Part shown: piece by piece, positions 10,643 to 20,769 of the stretch
Layout: each line of letters starts with the position of its first letter
Position numbering within the stretch: position 1 is the first letter of the stretch
NCBI GenBank assembly: GCA_964493715.1
Contig: CAZBPC010000001.1
Span: forward strand, 105,288-169,287
Direction: 5' to 3'
Origin: an uncultured archaeon
GTDB taxonomy: Archaea; Asgardarchaeota; Lokiarchaeia; Sigyniarchaeales; SOKP01
Length of the DNA: 64,000 nt
Made by a program: the position numbers and the translations under genes
The notes under the pieces: generated by a model
Told to the model about the DNA's origin: nothing
Database searches by the model: none
The model's input: only the letters and a program-made list of their open reading frames with translations

Positions 10643-11584
10643 TTAATAAATAAGACTATTCCTTGTTGTCTTTTTCATTAGAAAAGCAAGTAAGACGGCA
10701 AAAAGTAAAATTCCAATTGATATCGCTTGTATTTCAATCGGCATGTAGAGAGAATTTCCTGGAGGAGGATCGTTACTTATTGGTGGATCAGAGTTATCTA
10801 GCGTGACAACAACAATGAGATTCAAGCATGTTTCTAAGTTATCGATTAAAACCTGAATTTTATGAATACCTGGATTAATGGTTTGAAAATGAAATGTTAG
10901 GAACAATTCATTCAAAGCTTGATCTTGATAAATGATAAAATGATTATCGACGGGATCGTCAATAAACATGTTTATAGCGGCTAAACTGTTAACTAGTGGA
11001 GTGATTAAGGCAATATTAATTGTATAGGAAAAGTTAGGATTAAGTGAAACGGAGACCTCACGTAACGATTCGCTTTGTGAGAAGCAAAAGCCATTCAAGG
11101 CAATTATTTCATCATCTTGATCAAAGAGATCCATAAAATTTACTGTTCTTTCAATTTTCAAGTGAAGATTCAAAGTGAACTGAGTAATAGCATCCATTGT
11201 AATATTATAAGCCCCTTCAGTAACCATGCCAAGCTGAATCTCTTTAGGTTGTTGATCTACCGTTCCTTGAAAAAGGTTGTAATGATTTCCACTTGGATCA
11301 GTCAATGTCATGTTTATCTCACATTGATGAGGAGTCACGACTTCAAGAGAGAAATCATACATCCAATCCTTTTCAAAAAGTAAATCTTGAAGGAAAATCT
11401 GATCATTTGGGCTAAATACAGTATGAGTAGAATCCCAAATTAACTCTTTACTTGAAGTATTCAGATTTAAATTTTTATTTAAAACGGATTGGAATTGAAT
11501 CTGACTCATTACCAATAATATTATGATACTGCTTATCAAGATATATTCCAAATGAATCTTCCTAATGCCGTGATATTTTTTCAT
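10643..11584 (-). CDS. Secreted/membrane-anchored beta-rich protein, paralogue of 42411-43454
   Basis: N-terminal signal/TM, C-terminal TM with basic tail, two internal repeats containing DP motifs, VTPHxC motif shared with the paralogue. Confidence 0.6.
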   Translation of the reverse strand: MKKYHGIRKIHLEYILISSIIILLVMSQIQFQSVLNKNLNLNTSSKELIWDSTHTVFSPNDQIFLQDLLFEKDWMYDFSLEVVTPHQCEINMTLTDPSGNHYNLFQGTVDQQPKEIQLGMVTEGAYNITMDAITQFTLNLHLKIERTVNFMDLFDQDDEIIALNGFCFSQSESLREVSVSLNPNFSYTINIALITPLVNSLAAINMFIDDPVDNHFIIYQDQALNELFLTFHFQTINPGIHKIQVLIDNLETCLNLIVVVTLDNSDPPISNDPPPGNSLYMPIEIQAISIGILLFAVLLAFLMKKTTRNSLIY

Positions 11585-11780
11585 ATGTTTCCCCTAATTT
11601 TTCCAATGTAAGTGAAAAAATGAGATTAAGCATAAGCTAATTAAATGGGTATAAATTTTAGCTTACTCCAAATTCCATTCGCTCTGAATTGCATGTTGTG
11701 TAAAACAGTCGCCGATAAAAAAGATCTAGACTGCCCTAATTTAATAATGTCTTTACACCCAAATTGTACAATAAAACAAT

Positions 11781-11796
11781 TGTTTATAAAAAAAAA
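11781..11796 (-). promoter_or_regulatory. T-tract/TATA promoter upstream of 11584 (long leader)
   Basis: TTTTTTTTTATAAACA on the minus strand, about 200 nt before the ATG. Confidence 0.4.
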
Positions 11797-12006
11797 TAGA
11801 ATGAATTATAATTCTAAGTTCTCTTCCTTAGGAAGATCAAGTTTTTTTATTACTTCTTCTATTTATATCATGCTAACGTTTTCATGATTCGCAATTTCTT
11901 GAATAGTCCTCCCTTTATCGAAATATTGCATTTTTAATCATTCTTTATCCTTATAGTGTGCTTTTTTTCTTCAAAAGTAATTTTATTTTTTAATATAAAA
12001 AGTAGT

Positions 12007-13239
12007 TTAGGCAACTTTCAACCCAACCATAGAAAAAAGTTCTTTCCCTTGGTCTAAGAGTTCAATTCGTTCGATTTCACCATCATAATAGTTAAATACC
12101 ACGCTATCATCATAGTATTGTTCATTCTCATCAAGTTGCCAGCAAGGTACGTACCCTCGTGCCCTGAAACCAAAATCATAGAGAATCTGTTGGTTTTGTG
12201 GCTCGTGTGCGGATGTAAAAATTTCACAATAACGAATGTCTTGCTCAACCATGCATTTCTTAAATTCTTCAATAAACACTTGAAACTCTTCTAATGAATC
12301 CATATGATATTTTACTTTTTCATAATTTTTCACTGAAGGCGTGTGTAGAAATGAGAAGTAAGATTTACTTCCTTGAAGAGTTAAACAGAAATGTTCATAA
12401 CCATGTTTATCTTTTGATACTTTTCTTTTTACTTTCGATCTTAATTCAGTGATTTTTTGTTGGTCTAATTCCAAGTGAGGAGATACCAATTGAAAAAATC
12501 CCAATTGGTACAAGTTGTCAGCAAACAAGAATGGTTCCAATGCATTTTCAATTAAAGCAGGTACCTTTTTTGTACGATAGTTATTTAGAGTTTGTTCATT
12601 AAATATTAAACCCATTACATCACTTTCCACTGATCCATAGAAGATATCCTTGTTAGGAAAAATCGCGACTGTATCAATCCCACATAGAGCTGTCATGTGC
12701 TGGAGTGCTGCATGGGCTGTTCTGTTTTCGCAATGCCACATTACCACCTCATCCTTGAACGTTGACCACATCCAGTAGTAAGAGCCCATGATGACTTTTA
12801 TGACATCTACCACACCATGAAATTGCTTGCGTAGCATAAATCCACCCATATAGCCTTTTTTTTCTTTGGGGTCGATAACACAGCGAAAACAACCTGCAGA
12901 ATATTCTCCAACTTTAAACAAGATGAAATGATGATTAGGGTCTTTAATAAGCTTTTTAATCACCTTTTCATCTTCCATTTCGCGGTATGGATACGAATTT
13001 TCGTAAACCTTTTTACATATATCTGCTAAATCCTTCGCGTCCTCTGTGCGTGCAAGTTTTAACACTGGACTAATCTTGGTACTTGCTTCTCGTCCTTCTA
13101 TCAAAAAATCGAGTTCCATTCCGTTCTCGATATCCAAATCAAGAATTCCTTCGAACGCTTCAAGGAAAGCTTCTATTGATTTTGGGTACAAGTATTCGCG
13201 CGGGATGATAGGACAGGTTAGTATTTCTTGGGTAATCAT
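12007..13239 (-). CDS. GNAT-fold protein
   Basis: LARTEDAKDLADICKKVYENSYPY; GGFMLRKQFHG; CENRTAH; second degenerate GNAT ending FGFRARGYVPCW. Confidence 0.55.
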   Translation of the reverse strand: MITQEILTCPIIPREYLYPKSIEAFLEAFEGILDLDIENGMELDFLIEGREASTKISPVLKLARTEDAKDLADICKKVYENSYPYREMEDEKVIKKLIKDPNHHFILFKVGEYSAGCFRCVIDPKEKKGYMGGFMLRKQFHGVVDVIKVIMGSYYWMWSTFKDEVVMWHCENRTAHAALQHMTALCGIDTVAIFPNKDIFYGSVESDVMGLIFNEQTLNNYRTKKVPALIENALEPFLFADNLYQLGFFQLVSPHLELDQQKITELRSKVKRKVSKDKHGYEHFCLTLQGSKSYFSFLHTPSVKNYEKVKYHMDSLEEFQVFIEEFKKCMVEQDIRYCEIFTSAHEPQNQQILYDFGFRARGYVPCWQLDENEQYYDDSVVFNYYDGEIERIELLDQGKELFSMVGLKVA

Positions 13240-13290
13240 GAGTCTTTATTTAATGTTATTAGACAATAATAACCATCCAATAAAACCTAT

Positions 13291-13358
13291 CTATATAAAG
13301 GAAAAATGACAAAATTGGCAATGATGTCATAAATTGTGATTTGTTTTTTTTTATATAG
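13291..13358. promoter_or_regulatory. Back-to-back T-tract/TATA promoters (GNAT and ThiF genes)
   Basis: Minus TTTTTCCTTTATATAG (13291-13306) and plus TTTTTTTTTATATAG (13344-13358) in a divergent spacer. Confidence 0.7.
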
Positions 13359-13382
13359 ATACGAATTGAATTATCAATTAGA

Positions 13383-14228
13383 ATGTTAGAATTAGAATCA
13401 AAATCGAAATGGTCTCAAGATTATTTGCATCAAGTTAGTCGTAACATAGGACACGTCACTCTGGAAGAACAAGAAACTCTTCGAAAAACTCCTATTGGCA
13501 TATTTGGAGTGGGGGGATTAGGAGGATTACTTTCTGAACAACTAGTTCGTACGGGTTGTGAACACTTAGTCATTTGTGACAGAGATAAATTCGAACCATC
13601 CAACTTGAACCGCCAAATTTGTAAAAATAAGCACATGGGGCACCAAAAAATCGATGTGGTTGCTGAACACTTGGAAAATATCAATTCCGACGTTCAGGTA
13701 GACAAATTCAATGCTGTTAATCTTCACACCATAGATAGCTTGCTTAAAGACGTGAAAATTGTGGCCTTGACATTGGACGATCCTATAGGTTCAATATTAA
13801 TTGCCCGCGAATGCAGAAAAAGGAATATTCCGATGGTAGAAACGTGGGGAATTCCCTACATCTGGTCTTTTTGGTTTACTCAACAAAGTATTGATTATGA
13901 AACTTGCTATGATCTTGATACTCATGACATGACCATCGAAGAACTATTCGTATCAGGGATGACTAGTTTCGGAGATTTATTTCCAAAACTAACCCAATTT
14001 CCTCGTATCGGCGAAATGTATGACCGATATCCTGGGATGTGGGAAAAAATGAAACGAGGAGAAGTTCCTTACCGCTCGTTTGCGCCCTTTATTGGAATAG
14101 CTGCGTCTTACTTATGTGCAGAAATAATTTTTGCAGGTATTCTTGGAGTGAAATCAATGAATTTGGCACCTAAAGTTGTCGGGTTCGATTACATGAGAAT
14201 GATTCCATTTCAATTTGAAATGGAATAA
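13383..14228 (+). CDS. ThiF/MoeB/E1-family adenylyltransferase
   Basis: SRNIG..EQETL, GVGGLG, DRDKFEPSNLNRQ, K..V; no obvious paired CxxC zinc sites. Confidence 0.85.
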   Translation: MLELESKSKWSQDYLHQVSRNIGHVTLEEQETLRKTPIGIFGVGGLGGLLSEQLVRTGCEHLVICDRDKFEPSNLNRQICKNKHMGHQKIDVVAEHLENINSDVQVDKFNAVNLHTIDSLLKDVKIVALTLDDPIGSILIARECRKRNIPMVETWGIPYIWSFWFTQQSIDYETCYDLDTHDMTIEELFVSGMTSFGDLFPKLTQFPRIGEMYDRYPGMWEKMKRGEVPYRSFAPFIGIAASYLCAEIIFAGILGVKSMNLAPKVVGFDYMRMIPFQFEME

Positions 14229-14258
14229 TCTTTTTTTTCTTTCTAAAATTTCTTGAAA

Positions 14259-15122
14259 TTAAGGAAACAGTTTTATAAGGAGGTTGCTTAATTGATGTTG
14301 TTCCCAACTATTCTTCGATGCCTTTTTTGCCATGTAATTAGTAAGTAATACTCTTGCTCCTTTGTATGCAATCTTTCTATCTCTATCATTAGATACTAGT
14401 GTATTCACTTTTTCTTTCACATGGAATTCCATTAGGAACTGAAGCACTCTAAAAAAAACATCGTACATAAGAAGTCTGTCATCCTCATAGATCTCTTTTC
14501 CATTGTGAACAGCATCGTTTCTTGCCTTGTTTAATAGGATCAAATCCTTCTCTAATTCGATGGGAAATTTTAATTCTTTTATCTTGTCTGGCATTGGTAG
14601 TGTATCATCTTTTTCAAATACTCTCTCGTGATATAGCTCGATATTACCGATTAACCGGATCAAGAATCGAAACTCGTCTTCAACTCCTTTTTTTTCTAAG
14701 TTAAGGTAATCAAACATTTTTAACCAAGAATCAATATTAATTACTTGTAATTCCTTTTTAACTATTTTTTCTATAGAATAGACAATATTATTATCCTCAA
14801 TATTACTTATTCCATTTTTTTCAATTACTATGGTTCCTTGCACTAACCCTTGGATTCTTCTGGCAATCAACTCGAGTAATTCTTCTCGTTCCTCAAATTT
14901 TTGTTCTAATTCTGATGCATGTAAATCCATTGTTTCACTTTTTGAATTATTATTTTCTTGTAGGTTCTTGATAAAGAAAGGAAACAATTCGATAATCTCA
15001 TCTAATATTATAGCACGCTGGTTTAATATAAGTTGCTTCATCTCTTTTGGGCTGATTTCATTTCGAGAAAATTGGATGATTTTTGTTTTGAGTAAATCAA
15101 GCTTATCGTGATCAAATATCAC
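14259..15122 (-). CDS. Hypothetical helical protein with HEPN-like RxxxxH motif
   Basis: LNKARNDAVHNG in an all-helical context. Confidence 0.45.
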   Translation of the reverse strand: MIFDHDKLDLLKTKIIQFSRNEISPKEMKQLILNQRAIILDEIIELFPFFIKNLQENNNSKSETMDLHASELEQKFEEREELLELIARRIQGLVQGTIVIEKNGISNIEDNNIVYSIEKIVKKELQVINIDSWLKMFDYLNLEKKGVEDEFRFLIRLIGNIELYHERVFEKDDTLPMPDKIKELKFPIELEKDLILLNKARNDAVHNGKEIYEDDRLLMYDVFFRVLQFLMEFHVKEKVNTLVSNDRDRKIAYKGARVLLTNYMAKKASKNSWEQHQLSNLLIKLFP

Positions 15123-15169
15123 TTTTTCTGCTAGTCCCTTAAGAATATCTATTGAATTTATGTTCGTTG

Positions 15170-18100
15170 TTATGCGTTCTCTCCTCCTTGTTGGATGCTG
15201 GTATACTCTTCTAATACCTGAGAGATCTTTTGGTGAGATTTCAATAATTCATGACATGCTTCTTTCTGGGTTTCAACAGAAATCGTAAGTGTTGATGGAT
15301 AAGCAAGATAATTAAATACGTCCTCTTCAGATAAAGGAAACCCATCCATTGTAACTAAACTTTTCAAGAAACTCTCTCTTGATTCAAAAACTCCGATTTC
15401 GGGGAGTTGTTCTATTCGAGCTTGAATGTTGGAAACATACATCTCGGATAGATCTTGAGCGATGATTAATGCATGTTCGAGATTTCCCTTGTTTAAATCC
15501 CTCTCTATTTGGAACAAGTTCCATTGCAAGATATCAATCAATTCGGAACGAATAATAGCTTTTACACTTTTTACGGGTAGTTTTTTTATCATTGATCCTT
15601 GAGTTGGGAGGAACTTAAAATCGGGAATGGATTCAGATTGCTGGTCCATTATTTCAAAATCGATGTTGGCAATTGTTTTCCTTCGTGTTTCATAATAATC
15701 TTCTAAGACTCTATCAAACTTTGGTGAGACTTGGTATGAAGAACGAACGGATTGACCACCACTGGCTTGAGCAGGGTGACTCTCTACCAAGTAACCCCTA
15801 TTGAAAAGGATATCTAAAATCTCATCCCTCATCTTATTCACTATTTTCCTATCTTGATTTATCAATGATAATTTGGAGTATAAAATATTCTTAAGTTCTT
15901 CTCGAATCTTGCTCTTATATAAATTACCTACCGTATGTACGGTTTTCAAACTTTCCAAGAAGGTAATGATTTCAGGGATCAGATGAGAATATTCCCCCAT
16001 ATCCTTTTCAAACACCGTTTTTTGTGCCCGTTCCAAGATCACTCTTTCAGCATTTTTCATATTAAATCCTTGGGCATCCATGTGAGTGATAATTTCCTTC
16101 CAATCGAGTGAGTCTAATTTCGCTAATTGACTCGAGTCAATTTTCACCGGAAATGGTTGATAAATATCAGTACGTTTCATTATCGCTTCAGGAGGACTCA
16201 TGGTCATTAAATAACGTGTTTGATACAACTCATTACGAGATTTACTATACATGCCCGTTCCATGCATTTCTTCAAGGTTTAACAAGTTTCTAAGAGTGGA
16301 TATGTCACGAGGATCGATCGCTTTAAATGCAATGTAATTATCAAGGATGGTGAGCACGTGTGGATGGAGATGATGTACTTGATCGGCAGAACAGATGAAG
16401 CCAAATCCTTTTTGCAATAATGGAGTCATGAACTTGGATATTTTCCCATATTTCATCGGTTTTTCAAGAAAGTAGACATCAAATATGAGATCCAGATGGG
16501 GAATAACTAAAAATTTGGGGATATACTGATCATTAAAGTTTAGATAATGAATAAATTTTGCCACCATCAACCATGTAAAAAAGACCTGTTTATTTAAATC
16601 CGATGATCCTGAGATATCTATGATTATGGTTTTATCCGTTTTTAAATACTCTAAAACTGATGAAACAAAATTACTCTCTTCATATTTACTAAACAAGTAT
16701 GTAGTATCTTCTGCTGAGAATTCTTCAAGAGTAGCAATGATTGATTCGACGCCGTTTCTTTTTTCGTGGTCTGGTAAATTTTTTACATGAGTTACAAGCG
16801 TGGAATAATCAACACTAGAGTCATCGTCTTTTTTAATTGAGGAGAGCTTCGAAAGTGAATTTTTAAACAATGTAACCGTTCCCTCATCTTTCTTAAAGCT
16901 CATTTCATATACATCTAACATCAAGTTCAAAAACTCGAGATTGTGGGCATCGTATGAGATCTCAGAATGGATGGGATCGATCGTAATGGTTCTCCCTAAT
17001 TTATAGTAAAGAATCGAATTTTCATGTTCCGTTCCCTTAAAAAGCCTGATCATTTTTGACCAATTGCCTGAATAATCAAAAACAATGGAATTTTGATTTT
17101 GCTTGATGAGTTCAGCAACTATAAGCATTGAAACTGTTTCCCTATTTTGAAATGTTCCATTCGTGATTAAAGAACGTTTAGCTTGAGCTTCTGTGAATCC
17201 AGCGTCAATTTCTCTACCTAAAAACTCAGTATTGATAGTAGTTCCGATATTTATATAACTTTCTAATTGTAATGGAGTATTAAATTCCGCAGCAATTTTA
17301 GTTTCAATTCCTTTCTTGAATTCATTAGCAATGGTGATGAAAGAAGTTAATGTGGTACCTTGTGTGATCATGTAAGGTAAGTAAGAACCTTTTAACTGAG
17401 TAAACCTGGTTTTGAGTGAACTCACGGTAAGGGCAGATTCCAAGTGATTTTTTTTGAGTGGTTTTATATTAAAAGTAGAATAATACGAATGGAATGAAGT
17501 TTTAAGGATTATCGCATTCTCCCGAAGCTGAGATTCAAGGTCTTGAAAATCAGCAGTAGAGACGTTTTTCACACGTTTATACACGTGAGTAGTATAAATT
17601 CCTACTGTTTTCCATATGCCGGCTCTTTGTATCATCCACTTGTCTTCTTCTCGCTTATCTCTTATCTTATTCATGTGATATTGTTTTTCTGATCGACTCA
17701 AGTATTTTTTTCCTAATTTATAGAATCGATAGTAAGAAATTGCGCCGGTAATTACCGTGGTTCCAAAGGATATTCCTTGAGACATGAGTGAGCCATAGAA
17801 TTTGCTATCATATGCATATACAGGTAATTTAACTTCATCCACGCTAAATGCTTTCAAACCTCCCAATAAATTATCTCCTATCTGGAAAAAAATCGTCTCA
17901 GGCGCTCGTGAAAAGCGATAGAAACGAATATCACTAAAAGGATTTATGGGAATGATCTCAGGAGAATTAAAATTCTTTTTTGAAAAAAGCTGAAACAAGG
18001 GTTCTTTCCACCAGCCCATGAGAATCAATCCTATCACTATACTAGATGATAAAATTGTCAGAATCCCATTTTTCCAAACCGCAGAAACCAATCCACCAAC

Positions 18101-18955
18101 AACTATTGCAGTGATTAAGGTCATTATTGTTTTGGAAATAATTTTCATCGTTATTTTGATGTTATTCTTTATAGGATTACTTGGAGGAATATCTTGTTTG
18201 AGAAATATGGTTCTCAAGGCTTGTACGGCTTCATTTTTCTGCAATAGAGTTATCTTGTAATGATGAAAGTTAGGGACAAAATCCGAATTGATAGTCAATG
18301 TTTTTGAGTGCAATGTTTCTAAGAATCGATTGAATCTATTTTTGGAAAAAATACCCTTAATCTCGTGAGATACTGCAAAATAGATAATAGTCCGAAATGG
18401 TGTCATTCTTGCCCCGTTTATCTCTTTTTTCAATGATGATATTTGCGTGGATGGGGTTAAGATGGGCTGTTGTATTACCTGGTAGGTAATGCTTTGAAAA
18501 CGAGTTGAAAGCACTCTGATAAATTGCGTGATATTAGCATTAACATTTTCAGGCAACACCTCTACCCGAAAAATTCGTATTCCCACTGTGAGCAAATCTT
18601 CTCGATTAGTAAAAAAGATGGAATTTTGATCCTTGTTCAATTGCCAGAATGATAAAGATTTAAAAGGATTAAACGGTTGAGTAAAAAAACTTCGAGTTGA
18701 AAATATTAAAATGAAGACTATCATGAAAAACACGCAAAGAGGAACGATTTTGAACAAGTCTGATGATAATAGATAACCATGTATTGCAATGACAGTGGTT
18801 AGTCCTAATAATACCCCTCGTTTAATCCGTACTGTATTTTGAGTAACATCTTTTTTAACGGGGCTTAAGGGCCAGATGTTAAGATACTTCTTGCTTTCAT
18901 TTTCGTCTTCTATTTGGATTATTTTTGGTTTTAAATATTCAGCGTAATTTACCAT
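15170..18955 (-). CDS. Membrane-anchored VirB4/HerA/FtsK-superfamily protein with degenerate Walker motifs
   Basis: SLITNGTFQNRET...IVFDYSGNW (Walker A position), TIIIDIS, FLVIPHLD (Walker B position), GFGFICSADQ...LDNYIAFK, MSPPEAIM. Two TM hairpins in the N-terminal half. Confidence 0.7.
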   Translation of the reverse strand: MVNYAEYLKPKIIQIEDENESKKYLNIWPLSPVKKDVTQNTVRIKRGVLLGLTTVIAIHGYLLSSDLFKIVPLCVFFMIVFILIFSTRSFFTQPFNPFKSLSFWQLNKDQNSIFFTNREDLLTVGIRIFRVEVLPENVNANITQFIRVLSTRFQSITYQVIQQPILTPSTQISSLKKEINGARMTPFRTIIYFAVSHEIKGIFSKNRFNRFLETLHSKTLTINSDFVPNFHHYKITLLQKNEAVQALRTIFLKQDIPPSNPIKNNIKITMKIISKTIMTLITAIVVGGLVSAVWKNGILTILSSSIVIGLILMGWWKEPLFQLFSKKNFNSPEIIPINPFSDIRFYRFSRAPETIFFQIGDNLLGGLKAFSVDEVKLPVYAYDSKFYGSLMSQGISFGTTVITGAISYYRFYKLGKKYLSRSEKQYHMNKIRDKREEDKWMIQRAGIWKTVGIYTTHVYKRVKNVSTADFQDLESQLRENAIILKTSFHSYYSTFNIKPLKKNHLESALTVSSLKTRFTQLKGSYLPYMITQGTTLTSFITIANEFKKGIETKIAAEFNTPLQLESYINIGTTINTEFLGREIDAGFTEAQAKRSLITNGTFQNRETVSMLIVAELIKQNQNSIVFDYSGNWSKMIRLFKGTEHENSILYYKLGRTITIDPIHSEISYDAHNLEFLNLMLDVYEMSFKKDEGTVTLFKNSLSKLSSIKKDDDSSVDYSTLVTHVKNLPDHEKRNGVESIIATLEEFSAEDTTYLFSKYEESNFVSSVLEYLKTDKTIIIDISGSSDLNKQVFFTWLMVAKFIHYLNFNDQYIPKFLVIPHLDLIFDVYFLEKPMKYGKISKFMTPLLQKGFGFICSADQVHHLHPHVLTILDNYIAFKAIDPRDISTLRNLLNLEEMHGTGMYSKSRNELYQTRYLMTMSPPEAIMKRTDIYQPFPVKIDSSQLAKLDSLDWKEIITHMDAQGFNMKNAERVILERAQKTVFEKDMGEYSHLIPEIITFLESLKTVHTVGNLYKSKIREELKNILYSKLSLINQDRKIVNKMRDEILDILFNRGYLVESHPAQASGGQSVRSSYQVSPKFDRVLEDYYETRRKTIANIDFEIMDQQSESIPDFKFLPTQGSMIKKLPVKSVKAIIRSELIDILQWNLFQIERDLNKGNLEHALIIAQDLSEMYVSNIQARIEQLPEIGVFESRESFLKSLVTMDGFPLSEEDVFNYLAYPSTLTISVETQKEACHELLKSHQKISQVLEEYTSIQQGGENA

Positions 18956-19810
18956 TTACCAATACCTCCATTTTTTCATGGCATTATAATATAGATATCC
19001 AAGTAACAGAATGCTAACTAAGAAGAAAATCATGAGCATTCCAACCGCTTCCAGCGAGTTCGGCATGATGATTGTTTCTGCAATCAATAAAGATTCGAAA
19101 ATTCCCAATAAGATGATGAATCCCAATATAACCAACCATCCGATTCCTTTTTTAGAAGCTACGTAATTCGGATTATCTTTCAATCTTCCTTGAACAGGTA
19201 TCTTGCGATTATCATTGCGATTAAGGGCGGACCTTATCTTCTTTAGCTGTAATGAAGTTTCTAATACGTCCCCATTCATTCCGTTCTGTAAATGAGAATG
19301 GAGTTCTCTTTCTCTTTTTTCAATCTCATCAATGAGGAGATCTCTCACCATTGAAGAAGAATCATTTGGAGTTTTTCTTGAAAATAAGTTAAAAGACCTA
19401 GTATTCGAATAATCTTGTCTTCTTAGCGTTCGGGTAAAGTTATTAAATTCTGGTATCCTTATCTTGCGAATATCATAATAAAGCGCGATAGCATCTTTTA
19501 AATGGTTTTTTGGTAGATTTCCATCTGATTTGAAAAAGAGCGTTTCAATGATTTTAACCCTATTGATCATATCAGCAGGGATTAGATTGATTCCTAAATG
19601 GACGATATAGCGATTTATTCGTTCCAAGAAATAATGGATAAACTCATCCTTTCTTGGATCTCTCCTACCAATTTCTAATTTAATACCTATCATATCCACA
19701 TGATTACTAATAAGTTGCAAAGTGGTAGCTGAAAGTTTAGCGTGATTACCACTCATTATACATCTTTCCACCAAAGTTTCAAATTTATTATCCATTAAAT
19801 TCATCATCAT
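18956..19810 (-). CDS. Hypothetical protein with two C-terminal TM helices
   Basis: 284-aa ORF overlapping the upstream gene by 4 nt and abutting the downstream gene. Confidence 0.7.
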   Translation of the reverse strand: MMMNLMDNKFETLVERCIMSGNHAKLSATTLQLISNHVDMIGIKLEIGRRDPRKDEFIHYFLERINRYIVHLGINLIPADMINRVKIIETLFFKSDGNLPKNHLKDAIALYYDIRKIRIPEFNNFTRTLRRQDYSNTRSFNLFSRKTPNDSSSMVRDLLIDEIEKRERELHSHLQNGMNGDVLETSLQLKKIRSALNRNDNRKIPVQGRLKDNPNYVASKKGIGWLVILGFIILLGIFESLLIAETIIMPNSLEAVGMLMIFFLVSILLLGYLYYNAMKKWRYW

Positions 19811-20607
19811 TGTTTTTTTAACCTCTTGCTATTCTTTCTTTGAGATTGAAATTGCTGGTATGCAATTTCGATTTTTTGGTCAACTCTACCTTCTCCTTTT
19901 AAAGGTGGCGTCTTGTGGGAACGCGTGATTAATTTTTTTTGTGAGATTAAAAAGGCATCTTCTTCCGCAATGAGTTGGTCCAAGTTAACAGATTCTTTAA
20001 CTGCTTGCATTTGAATCCTCTTCTTGGGAATTCTTGAGTGTTGTTCAAAGGTGGTGGCTACTTTATAACAAAAAAATGCGTATGGAAAAGTCAAGATAAA
20101 CCCCATACATTGAAAATAGTAGCCAATTCCGATTCCTTGATATACATAAATGGAAAAATCACCGTTTTCAACAACCATTCCTGGAAAAAATAACCCATTA
20201 GAGAAGAGGATCATAAAAGGAAATATAATTATCATAAGAATTGTCATAAAGGTAGTTGAGAGGAAGAAATAAGAATTGGATCTAGTTGTTTCCAAGTTAG
20301 ACACAGTTTCTGGGTTTCTAAATAAAGCGATTACTATCGAACCAACTAATAAAAAAACTTGGATAAAACTCATCATTGGTGATATCATGTAATTTTGAGG
20401 AATGTATTGATTTAACAAGCTGCTTTCAAGATGTTTGATAGTAGCCCAACCATTTAAGATTTCATAAGTGCTTTCCATGAGCTTTTGCCCGATATCATTC
20501 CGAACTTCCACGGAAAACCATTCTAAAAACAATGAAACGAACGTGAACAAGAGTCCAATGATAAAAAACAGCTTGAGCAAGTCAGCCGATTTTTCATAAA
20601 GTTTCAT
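19807..20607 (-). CDS. Four-TM membrane protein with basic C-terminal tail
   Basis: Four hydrophobic segments; first gene of a coupled three-gene operon; promoter motif about 21 nt upstream. Confidence 0.7.
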   Translation of the reverse strand: MKLYEKSADLLKLFFIIGLLFTFVSLFLEWFSVEVRNDIGQKLMESTYEILNGWATIKHLESSLLNQYIPQNYMISPMMSFIQVFLLVGSIVIALFRNPETVSNLETTRSNSYFFLSTTFMTILMIIIFPFMILFSNGLFFPGMVVENGDFSIYVYQGIGIGYYFQCMGFILTFPYAFFCYKVATTFEQHSRIPKKRIQMQAVKESVNLDQLIAEEDAFLISQKKLITRSHKTPPLKGEGRVDQKIEIAYQQFQSQRKNSKRLKKQ

Positions 20608-20628
20608 GCAAGAAGATACTTTTAGAGC

Positions 20629-20696
20629 TATTTAAAAAAAAAATCTCTTAGTGAATATATATTCGAGTTAATATCCTAGTTTTTTCTTTTTAAATT
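20629..20696. promoter_or_regulatory. Back-to-back T-tract/TATA promoters (membrane operon and candidate ncRNA)
   Basis: Minus T-run+TTTAAATA (20629-20643) 21 nt before the ATG; plus TTTTTTCTTTTTAAATT (20680-20696). Confidence 0.6.
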
Positions 20697-20769
20697 AACA
20701 ACTATAGATTTAAATATATAGCTGTAATGTATTGATCTTGAAAGACGTAAATGCAAAAATTATTAACTA

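Noticed and set aside
11645-11887. 80-aa plus-strand ORF
   Set aside because: No motif or SD; overlaps a promoter and leader on the opposite strand.
15170-18955. Canonical HerA of the herA-nurA-mre11-rad50 resection operon
   Set aside because: No nurA, mre11 or rad50 nearby; it has TM segments and degenerate Walker motifs.
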